From: Octopus vulgaris
Lineage: Eukaryota
DNA: 64,000 bases
Assembly (NCBI GenBank): GCA_951406725.2
Contig: OX597828.1
Coordinates: 13,516,001-13,580,000 of the forward strand
Direction: 5' to 3'
A program made the translations under genes and the position numbers. Positions 53,640-64,000 of the stretch are shown here, piece after piece. The notes beneath the pieces were generated by a model, which was not told where the DNA came from, searched no databases, and saw only the letters and a program-made list of their open reading frames with translations. Numbering within the stretch: the first letter of the stretch is position 1; the number at the start of each line of letters is the position of its first letter.

Positions 53640-54105
53640 CTGCGGAGGATGACATGACAAGTCTTGACTATTGGGATCAACTCAAAAAGCTCAGGCTTTG
53701 TTCCCTCCACTGCCGCTGTGAGCTCTATATCATCTGTATGATGTGGAAAATATTGAAATTTGTCCAAGGCTTGGCCCTCATGCCATCCATCCACTACAGA
53801 AATGTTCATGTTGTATCACAACACTATGACAGAACTATTTCATCTCAATTGGCCCTGCTCTCTTCAACATCGTGCCACACACACATAAAGGAAGAAAGTA
53901 ACTTCATGGCATTCAAACGATCCCTAGATGATTACCCACAACACATACCAGATAAACCACCCACACCCAGATATGTCTCTGAAAACAATAACCCTCTGCC
54001 TGAATGGGCTACGGTTCCCCAGAGCTGACTGTGTATCTTCCAGGTGGTGCAATTAAATTAGACATGGCCTGAGTCAACTTCAGCTGAAACTTATCTAAGT
54101 AATCT
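53640..54105 (+). mobile_element. CR1/L2-group LINE 3' fragment
   Basis: LDYWDQLKKLRLCSL...YIICMMWKI...FKRSLDDYPQHIPDKP. Confidence 0.7.
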
Positions 54106-55641
54106 AATCTATGCTGTAACCTTTTAATCAAAGTTTGACAACATGGGTAGAGGCTGATATCTCAACATTTATGAGGGTCTTAAGTATAAAAAAAAATTAT
54201 TAAAGATTTATATGGAACTACATTCAGAGTATGTCTATAAGCTATTGTGTTTAGAATTGGTTTCTATCCTCAAACTGTTCCGTTTTGTAGATGCAATTTG
54301 TTTTATTTTTCATAAATCACTCCGAAATTGGAAAAATAAACAATCTGCAACAATCTTGGTCCCATGAGCATCGGATAATGGATTTTCAACTGTGTAAAGA
54401 AACTTATTGTGGTGATTTGACAGAGATCCTGGTGAAAGCAGAGACAGTGTTGATGACGACGATGGTCTAGATAAGTATGGGAGGAGGATAAACTAGTATC
54501 GGTGGTTATAATGGCAACAGGAGCTGTGTGATGTGAGATGCTGAGGTGATGGTGGTAATAGTGGTGTTGATGATAGTGTTAGTTGCGTGATGGTGGTATT
54601 GTAGTGGTTATACTGGTTGTGGTGGTGAAAGTGGCTATCAAGGTAACTGTCATGATAACATTGATGTGTATGTGGCTGAAGTGGAAGCAATGACAATGCT
54701 GCTGATGATCTTGGTGGTTGTGGTGGTGGTGATAGTGGTAGGATAGTTGTGGTGGTGATTGTGATATGGTGGTAGTGGTGGTGGTGGTTGTTGTTGTAGT
54801 GCTGCTCCTGGTGGTATGGCAGAGGTCTGCGCTCTCCGAGTGATTTTCTAGTTCCTAACTGTTTCAGTTGTGTATACAGAGTTTTTCTACAGCCTGGCAA
54901 GCTTCTGCAATACCAGTGAGTGTTTTATTCACTGTTTCCATTAATATGAAGGCATGAATTTGGTTTGTGATAGTCTGGTGCATGGTATTGACAGACTTCG
55001 AGAAAGCCGATATGCATCTGTTGTTCTTGTGAATCATTACATTAATGATGTTTGTTTTGCTCTCATATATATATTGTATTCTTAACAGAACAAGTCTATG
55101 AAGAGATTTTATCTCAGACATTTCTAAAGTGTTGTGCCTTCAAATGATGTGTATACATTTAGTATGATACACAGATGGCTGTTTTAATTTAATGCTGTTT
55201 CAATTGCATATGCCAAGCTTTCAATTTCCATCTACCGAATCCACTTTGGTCAACCTGGGGTTAAATAGATGACACTTGCCCAAAGTATCGTATCTATCTG
55301 TGTGTGTGTGTGTGTGTGTGACCCTTGTACCTTAACTATTTATCATTTAAACTGGCCACATGTGGCCCAAATATTTTACTTGTTTTATGTCCCAACCAGC
55401 TAGATTCAGCCTTTCACACCTATCCTACAATGTCATTCTAAAAATAAACAATCACATCATCAAAATCTCAAAGCCATGAGATAATGCATGGTCAATTCAA
55501 AACAACAGGAACAAATAAACGCTACGTTTGGCTGGTTCTAAAATCTCTCGAATAGATCAACGCAGTAGACATACTGACAATATTCGTAGCCACTTTAACA
55601 TGGCTGTCTTTGTGACCCATACAAGCATGGAATATCATCGT

Positions 55642-55677
<36 letters not shown>

Positions 55678-56587
55678 AATCATCATCATCATCATCATCA
55701 TCATCATTATCATCATCATTGTTCTTGCCTTTTCAGCTGTGGGGCCTTGCAGCTTCCTTTCAGGTTTTGCTACACTGCATCATGTTTCCCTGGGGGAAGG
55801 CTTTACTCTTTGAGATCTTCTTGGCTTTGAATTGTCATCGATCCATTTATAATTTCTTTTTTTTTCAAGGCAGGGGTGTTGTTGACCCCAGGCACACCCA
55901 TTTTCATCATTGGTAATAAGTGATCCATATTAGTCTGGCTTCTATCATTTGACACATCCAGTGCAGAAGGCCCTACTAGGAAGTTACACTCTGCTGGTAT
56001 ATCTCTCAGGTTCATTTGAGACACAGAAGCTACCACAACAGAATAAGAGCTGAACTAAAATCGATTGGGGCTGTTACTTCCACAATTAATTCCTTCCCTT
56101 TTCATCATTTTTGAATAGCTTTTCCGCTTGTTCCTTTCCATATTGTACTCCGATATATTTACCACCTCTGTGAAACTTCTATCTAGCCTTGCTTTTTTTT
56201 ACTTCTTAGTGGTCCATGGAATGTCCGACTGCTCAGAATTGGACACCTCAGTGTAGCTGCTATATGAAAATCTGATGTCTTCCATTTTTTTTTACCTGGC
56301 CTATCCTCCTCTATGAGGAGGGAAAGTACAACCAGACTGCCACAAGGAAGCAAAAAACCAAAGTGCTCAGTGAACACTACAACAATTCAGACAACAGTAC
56401 AACAATATTTAAACCACAATACAACAGCAATACAAACCAAATTCTTCAAAACTTGCACTAAGAATAAGCACAAGGTAAAATCACTACCTGCTTTTACATC
56501 AAGCTGATACAGGTAGTTTATCCTGTCCCACTCCGACTTTTAGTTCATGCAATTGAAAAAAAACACACATTATTTATGGGATGGCCC

Positions 56588-56627
<40 letters not shown>

Positions 56628-56904
56628 TACATATATATATGTATATATATATATATATATATAAATATAAACTTGAGCTACATTTGATAGTAGGAGAGTA
56701 AACAAAGAAACTACTGATACATCATACAACTGTAGAGATCTTCAAGTTCTTCTTAAGGCCATAGTGGTAAGGACTTATTTGTCGCGAGGGCGTGGCCTTG
56801 TTAAAAATTAAAAAATAACAAACCAGAAAAGGAAAGTTCAGGTTGTCTTGTGCTCCATTTACTGTCGTTTAATTTCATGAGTAAATCACGAATAGTTTTG
56901 CACG

Positions 56905-56939
56905 ATGTTCTCAATCAAAGTCCTCACTTTAAATTGCTG
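56905..56939 (+). CDS. Exon 1 of a second SMPD2-like paralog (MFSIKVLTLNC-W); remainder presumably beyond the window
   Basis: Homologous to 14882..14916 with intact ATG, same phase and same gtaaat donor. Flanking sequence is also homologous. Confidence 0.7.
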
Positions 56940-57431
56940 GTAAATATTCGTTCATTTATTTATACTTATCTATAAAAAAAAAATGTCTTGATAACCTATT
57001 ATAAATAATTAAATATCATATCAGTTAATAATTGAATCAGTTAAATAATTTGAAAAGAGAGACTTTTTTCGCATACGTGTGGTATATATGTGTGTGTTTT
57101 TGATTTTGATTCACCATAGCAACGAAAGAAACCGTATTAACGTAGTTTATCTAACCCCCAGGTAACTAAACTTGCTGGATTTACAATCAAATACGTTCCA
57201 ACCGTGATGGTCCTATCTTTTCGCTCATCAGGAACTATATTGCGTTCTGTTTTTAAGACAGCTGATTCTGTCCCGAAGAAGATTTGACTGCTATTTTCAG
57301 CAATCGAACATCGTCCTGGTTAGCTACTGATCTAAGAGTATGATCAGAGCCATTCCAGCCGTGATCATCTATTTAAAAAAAATTTTTTCATTGTTGTTTA
57401 AACTTGTTTAGACTTCATAATACAGTACACT

Positions 57432-57574
57432 CACAAGCGTAGCTAGAGTGTGTGCAGCAGCCCGGGGCGGCCCTTCCGTTTGCCGCCCCCGCAAAAAACA
57501 CATTACCTACAGCAGACCCAAAAGTGCTGCCCGGGGCGGACCGTTCCTAGGCCCCTCCCCCAGCTACGATAGTG
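57432..57574. mobile_element. 143-bp GC-rich MITE inserted in the paralog intron
   Basis: Absent from the homologous site near 15440. TIRs cacaagcgtagct / agctacgatagtg; possible 8-bp TSD agtacact/agtatgcc. Confidence 0.75.
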
Positions 57575-58141
57575 AGTATGCCCTTCCTTTTAAATATAAA
57601 AGGGTATGATTGAAGGAAAATCTTGCTGTTATTTTCCCGACCCCGTACGACCACGGAGAGGCTTGAATCTGTGTTGGCTTAACTATGTTATCGTAAATGT
57701 ATTATTATTGTTGCCAGGAATCCCAGTTAGACATTTCTAGTCATACATCAACGTTTCATTCATACGAAAAGAAGAGAAAACGACAGTGTACATCGTTGAT
57801 CCAATTTTCATTTCAACTAGTGTTTGTTTTGTTTAGCCGTACGGTAGCATTTATCGAGCTGACATTTGATTAAAAGCATTTCCAACCGTGACTATCATTT
57901 AATTTTTTTGTTTATCCGTGACTATATTATCCAAAACATTTCTTTAATTTTGTTTAAAACTTCGATTTCTATTTACTTCCGTTTTATGACAGCTATCACG
58001 TACAAATCTTGTTAGTAAAAATAAACTTTAAACCTTAGTAACATTTTTCTAAAAATTTGGTCAAACTAAAGCGTTAAACAGAAATGGAAAAAAATTTTTT
58101 TCTTTCTCTATTTGTCTATCCTTTTCATTTTCTCACACTCA

Positions 58142-58179
<38 letters not shown>

Positions 58180-58339
58180 ATGCATGCTTGTAAGGAATTT
58201 CATTAGGGCGACAGAGTGATTTAAGAAAGGTATGTAAAAGAAAATTTATTGGTAAGCAATCGTTTTTGGTCTCAGATTAGTCAATGTTTACAGCTGGTTG
58301 TTCGTTAATTTACGTCAGATTTATTTATTTATTTATTTA

Positions 58340-58621
58340 CTAGCAGTATCGCCCGGCGTTGCTCGGGTTTGTAAGGGAAATAACTATATAAGCATTATAT
58401 AATAGCAAAAAAATGCATTAAAAATGGGAAAAAATGATGGTAAATTTTTTTAAAATCATAGACTCATTGTAGATGCGCGCTAATACCCAGAAGGGCTCGA
58501 TATGAATCACAACTATAAGATACCCGCTTTTGGTTAAACTGTACCGCAAAATGTGGGAGTAGTTAGGAATCTAAATCGTAGGAGACAGACACTCGCACAA
58601 CTTCACTTTTATATATAAAGA
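58340..58621 (-). mobile_element. Non-autonomous Helitron
   Basis: Minus strand: A|TC...hairpin cccgagcaacgccggg...CTAG|T, with no TSD. Confidence 0.85.
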
Positions 58622-58867
58622 TTTACTTTTGTTTTCATGATGTGTCAAAAGCGACATTTGCCTCGAAGTCATTGGAAAATGAGAGAGATGGCTAACCCCT
58701 AAGGGTGGATGCTACTGTAGCTTGTAGCCCCAGGAGGACACCTCCTCCAGCTGGCTATTGATACACTTTCTGTGCCCTATATATTTCGATATCAGTGTCT
58801 TCACGTCACTGGAAAAAGGATATATATTTGCAGAGGGAACCTACTTTTCATCGAGTACTGTGATTGT

Positions 58868-58912
58868 CACACGCTGATGACGGGTCAATACGCAAAAACT
58901 GGAGTTTGTGTG
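58868..58912 (+). ncRNA. Degenerate type-I hammerhead-like motif inside a long inverted-repeat element (58688..59052)
   Basis: cacacg-CTGATGA-(decayed stem II)-AAAA-ct(gg)ag-TT-tgtgtg. The related copy at 38862-39010(-) keeps agtc-cgtgcg. Confidence 0.55.
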
Positions 58913-59068
58913 TATCATAGGTTGAAGACGGGAAGGATGGCTTCCCTTTGCAAATACTGATAGGGCACAGAAAGTGTGTCAATAGCCAGCTGGAGGAGGT
59001 GACTTCCTGAGGCTACAAGCTACAGAAGCATCCACCCTTAGGGGTTAGCCATATTTAAATGGTAAATA

Positions 59069-59111
<43 letters not shown>

Positions 59112-59775
59112 TAAAATATGAAATGGACATGGGCGATTGTTGTATTCTTTCTTGTCCTGAGGTTCACATCCAAATGGCTGGGTGGATTCGCGTGAAAAAT
59201 GGCACACATGTGGAGACGGGTGCATAGATTGGAATGCAATTTGTATTTTTTCCCTAGCCCCCATACTTACCAAGAAAATTGATTAAAATTTTATCTCATG
59301 GAATTCCCGTTTGTTCCGCCATTAAAACAATCAGTTGCTCACACAGCCGGCATATACCATTTCACTAGCAACAAGGGGAGTACAGGATGACAGTCAGCCA
59401 AAACTTTTGCTATGCTGTCTCTCTTCTTTCACCTCTTTATGGGGTTAATAATCTTAATCTTTAGTTAGAGTTTCTCATTCAAACTACATAATAGGCAGAA
59501 TTGTCGGATTAAGACAGGGTGTTTTGAGAGAGATTTGGCTGCTTTTCTGCCAGCTACTAGCTACCATGTAGAGGTCTGAACTTAATTTTCATTCACATAT
59601 TTGCATTTCAAAAATTTAACATAATCTTTTCTATAAATCAAATATTGTAAAAATTATATACGATGACCTTACATTTTCTATGTATGTGTGTGTACCTTAA
59701 AAGATGTCAATCATCACGATACACACCTTCACTCACTCACTCTATCTCTCTTTCTCTCACACATGCGCAAGCATG

Positions 59776-59837
<62 letters not shown>

Positions 59838-60225
59838 TACACACACACACACGTCCATTTCATATATCTTTCAATTTCTGCTCTCTGCAAATAACATTTT
59901 TTATGGATACAACTGCTTACAAAAATAGGGATTAATATATAATATCTTTCTATGTTCATAATTAAATCAATGTTTTAATGATTAGACAGAGGTCCAATAG
60001 AATAGCTTTCAGAAACAGACTATGTACAAATTCATTCTTCACAACTTCTGAAGCTGTTTTCTGACAAGGGGTGGGGGAATCAGGAAATTTTCATACAGCT
60101 GAAGGTTCCAATCGAAACAGGGAACCCGAACTGATAAGGTTAAGAAATGTTGTTATAGATGAAATGCTGTAATGATCACAGCCACATCATCCAAACAGAC
60201 CAGGTGAAACTGGGCTTAGCTGCTA

Positions 60226-60226
<1 letters not shown>
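59069..60226 (+). mobile_element. Probable Helitron relic
   Basis: 3' hairpin accaggtgaaactggg followed by CTAG|T at 60223-60227. The 5' boundary is approximate. Confidence 0.5.
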
Positions 60227-60274
<48 letters not shown>

Positions 60275-61200
60275 GTGGATCTTGCATGCATGAAGTGGAT
60301 TCATAGTCAAATTAAATTAGTGCTGCAACAGAACTGTTCCCATGGTGGAACAATGGTTTTTCTCTGACAGCAGGTTTACATTTTCCATATGCCTTTAGCA
60401 AGGCCTAAATAATGTCTTCACCACTTGACCCTTTCTAACCTCTTCTACTTCACCAAAAGCTAGAATAGAGATAACAAGACCACCAACTAAATCTATTGTT
60501 CTCAATGATATATCTATCTTTCTGGATCTTTATATAAGCAAGCACATCCCAAGCAAAAATCAGTTCGTCACAGTCGTCATGACTCAACGGAGTTAGTCAC
60601 CTTGATAACAAACTCGTGAGTTGAGAGAGAGCTAACATCAGTTAGTGAACCGACCACTAGAATCATGGAGGCAGGCAGACAAAACGGCCAGAGGGAAAAA
60701 GAAAGACAACATCCCACACTCTCTCACTCTCACTAGCTCCAATTCTGTTCTCTTACAACATCATTCTATCTCTTTCTGTAAATACTACTACTAAACAATG
60801 AAGAGGACACAAACACAAACTTTACTTCGCGTGCTTTTGGATGTATCAAAACCTGCCCGTTGAGGCAAGTTATTGTAACATAATGGTAAATATATACTTT
60901 CTTTAAACTTCATGCATTGTCTATCATTCACATCTTACAACTTGCTGTCATAACAACAAATTATTATCATTACAAATGCTGACTACAACAATTCTTAATA
61001 TTGTTTACCAAATCAATTATTTCTGAAGTTACATATATATACATATATACATATATATATATTATATACGCTAAGAGTAAAAGATGTTTTATATGACACA
61101 TTCTATCAGTATACGAAGTTTGAAAGTGCTTAGTTACAAAAAATTATTTTCTAAATCTGCGGTCAAAAGGTAAAGATCCTCTTTCTCTCTCTATATATAT

Positions 61201-61270
<70 letters not shown>

Positions 61271-61609
61271 GGTAAAGACCCCCTTCGGTCATGTGTGACC
61301 ATGGGTTTGCACCTAGAGAGTTACCCTCTGAGGCACAAGTCTGGGCAAGGTTGTTTTTATAGAAGACCAGCAGTCGCCCATGCATACCGGCCTCCCCTCT
61401 CCACGCCACCAGTGTTATCCAAGGGAAAGACAAAGGTCGATACAGCTTGGCACCAGTGACGTCGCAACTCATTTCTACAGCTGAGTGAGCTGGAGCAACG
61501 TGAAATAAAGTGCTTTGCTCAAGAACACAACACGCAGCCCGGTCCAGGATTCGAACTCACAACCTTACGATCGTAAGCTCGACGCTCTAACCACTGAGCC
61601 ATGCGCCTC

Positions 61610-61658
<49 letters not shown>

Positions 61659-61685
61659 TATATATATACACATATATAAATATAA

Positions 61686-61716
<31 letters not shown>

Positions 61717-61890
61717 CATATAAATATATATGCATATATAAATATATATATATATCTATATATATATCTATATATATATATGTATTTATATATGTATTTA
61801 TATATGTATTTATATATATATCGATATTATTATTACTCTTATTACTGTTAATATTATTATTAGTCATTCTGTGGTTACTGATTCCATCCA

Positions 61891-63114
61891 AATAATAGTA
61901 ATAAGTACAATGACTTTGATAAGATGAATAGTAATAATTCTACGAACCCTGATTCTAATTCAAGGAAATTTAATAAGAAAGATATAATATGGCTGAATAT
62001 TCCTTTCAACTGTGCGATTCAATCGGATATACAGAGCAAATTCAAAGTAATTCTAGAAAAAAATTTCCCAATCTCTCATAGATATCATAGAATTATTTCT
62101 AAGAAAACAGTTAGGATTTTTTATTCAACCCTCCCAAATATGTCCACTTTAATAGCTAAGATCAATAATAACAACATTAAACTAGCCAGGAAAGATAAAA
62201 ATAAAAATAATAATACCAACATGAATACCAATAACAATTATAATAATACTACCAACAATAAACGCAACAATAGTAACTATCAAAACATGGATGGAATCAG
62301 TAACCACAGAATGACTAATAATAATATTAACAGTAATAGGAGTAATAATAATATCGATATTAATAGAAGTAATAATGTTAATAGTAGAAGTAAGGCTAAT
62401 AGAGAAAATACAGAGAATGAAAATATCAGTGATATCTATAGCAACAATATACAGTTTGATAATAATACTAACAATAATAGTAACATTACCAATAATGTAA
62501 ATAATCATGGTAGGACTTTAGACCTAAAAGATGGAGCAGAAGGATCAATAAATAATAACAATGCTTTAGATAGCAGCACCAACTATAAAAATAATAATAA
62601 TAATAATAATAAAGATAATGATAATCAAAATAACAGGAACATAAGACATCTACCCATGAATAATCCAACATCTGAAGTTGTTCCTCCTGCGTGTAAGTGT
62701 AGAATTAAGTCAAAATGCCCGGCACCTGGTCTATGCAGGGAAAATAATGTAATCTATAAATGTACCGTATCTACCGAGAATAACAAATTTTTTTACATTG
62801 GTTGTACGATAAATTTTGAAGTCAGAGTTAGAAATCACGTCTCATCTTTTAAATTACGTCATAAAGCTGGTACCACCACACTTTCAAGTAAGATCTGGGA
62901 ACTCAAAAATAATAACAGGAATTATAACCTTAATTGGGAAATAGTTAGGAGAGCAATGCCGTATAAAAATAACAGGGTTGGTTGCCAACTCTGCTCCATG
63001 GAGACCTATGAAATTCTAAGGCATAGAAAAAATAGAGGTTTGTTAAATAACCATATTGAAGTAGGACAAGTTTGTGTCCACGCTAAATTGAAGACTCTAA
63101 AATATTTTAAATGA
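61891..63114 (+). mobile_element. 5'-truncated Penelope-like retroelement: RT C-terminal/thumb region, Asn-rich linker and GIY-YIG endonuclease (ORF 61924..63114)
   Basis: IIWLNIPF...SKKTVRIFYSTLPNM (PLE thumb region), CKCR..CP...C, VIYKC...YIGCT...RVRNH, LSSKIWELK, and terminal CQLC...LLN...CVH. The frame stays open upstream to 61891. Confidence 0.88.
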
Positions 63115-64000
63115 ATAACTGTATAGAATAATCGTAACAAGATAGATAGATAGATATAGCTAGTATAGCATTACTTTAATTTTTAAGTAGATAACTGCGA
63201 GTTCTCACACTATAGTTATCTTTTTCTTTATAACTGCACCTGATTTTGAGCACAAGGAAATAAATAGTACTTGTACATTGCTTAAATGAAGTTTTATTTA
63301 ATTTTTAAATCTTAATTTTGAATTTTGAATTTTGAATTTAATCTAATTTAGGTAACACAACTTTAATAAAATAAGTTACTTAGGCTTCTTAAATTTTTTA
63401 ACAAAATTAAATAAGTAAGGCTACTCCCTTGAAAAGTAGTATGAGAAATTTCAAAATAATAGACAATTCCATCACACCTTGTAAACTAATCTTCTAAGTT
63501 TTGACCTGTAGTCTGTCAATGTATAAATAGTAACGGCAACAATTTAAGACAGTAACAGGAATAAATAAACAAATAAATTTAAATGACCTCTTGTTAAGAT
63601 TGCACTTAGATATTCTTTCTCTTAATGTATTTCCTTTTGATGATAGCCTTTGACCCCTCTACCCCTAACCTTGTTATCTCTTTAGATTCTCTTTAGATTC
63701 ATATCTGCTTTCAACTACGTCAGGTTGGCAATAAATAGCTGTTTTACTGGTCAAAAATAATATTCTCCTTATAGTTCCTGGATTCTTGCAAATTCAAGCC
63801 AGCCAGGCAGTCTACAAGTTCTTCTGTGTAGTATGTCACTTTAGAACTCCCTTCCCTCAAAGTTGTCACAGTATACTCTATGTGGGCGTTTTTTCTTTTC
63901 TCCCTTCTTTCCCTTTTTTCTTTTTTCTTTCCCCTTTTTTCTTTCCCCTTTTTTCTTTATCTTTTTCCTCTTTCTTTTTCTTTTTTCTTTTTTCTTTTTT

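Larger units (their letters stand above)
56670..57935 (+). repeat. Diverged segmental duplicate of about 14610..15810 (SMPD2 5' flank, exon 1, start of intron 1)
   Basis: Colinear shared blocks, e.g. atcttcaagttct, ctcactttaaattgctggtaaatattcgttcatttatttatacttat, and gttatcgtaaatgtattattattgttgccaggaatcccagttagacatttctagtcatac. Confidence 0.93.

Noticed and set aside
61924-63114. Host gene encoding a standalone nuclease
   Set aside because: The domain order matches a Penelope-like ORF C-terminus, and the frame is cut at an inversion junction, indicating a truncated insertion.
57936-64000. Exon 2 of the second SMPD2 copy
   Set aside because: No GIP...LLQE-coding segment with splice sites was seen in the remaining window.

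Overview
AT-rich, microsatellite- and SINE-dense animal genomic DNA. The repeat families look like those of Octopus (coleoid cephalopod); this assignment is inferred. One complete 8-exon protein-coding gene lies on the + strand: a neutral sphingomyelinase 1 (SMPD2-like). Its CDS runs 14882..43924 (1188 nt, 395 aa), has GT-AG introns in consistent phase, and retains the catalytic motifs and two C-terminal hydrophobic segments. About 13 kb downstream, the 5' flank, exon 1 and start of intron 1 recur in a diverged copy, probably a tandem paralog that continues beyond the window. The rest is mobile DNA: tRNA-derived SINEs, LINE relics (RTE, L1/Tx1, R4/Dong, CR1-like), Tc1/mariner relics, Helitrons, MITEs and a 5'-truncated Penelope-like GIY-YIG element. 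The most unusual signal is a set of unrelated short non-coding elements that each carry a minimal type-I hammerhead-ribozyme-like motif, usually with an inverted copy of their own 3' end. One of them has a tRNA/Pol III head. This suggests a Penelope-dependent set of ribozyme-bearing mini-retroelements. All alignments and folds were done by eye.
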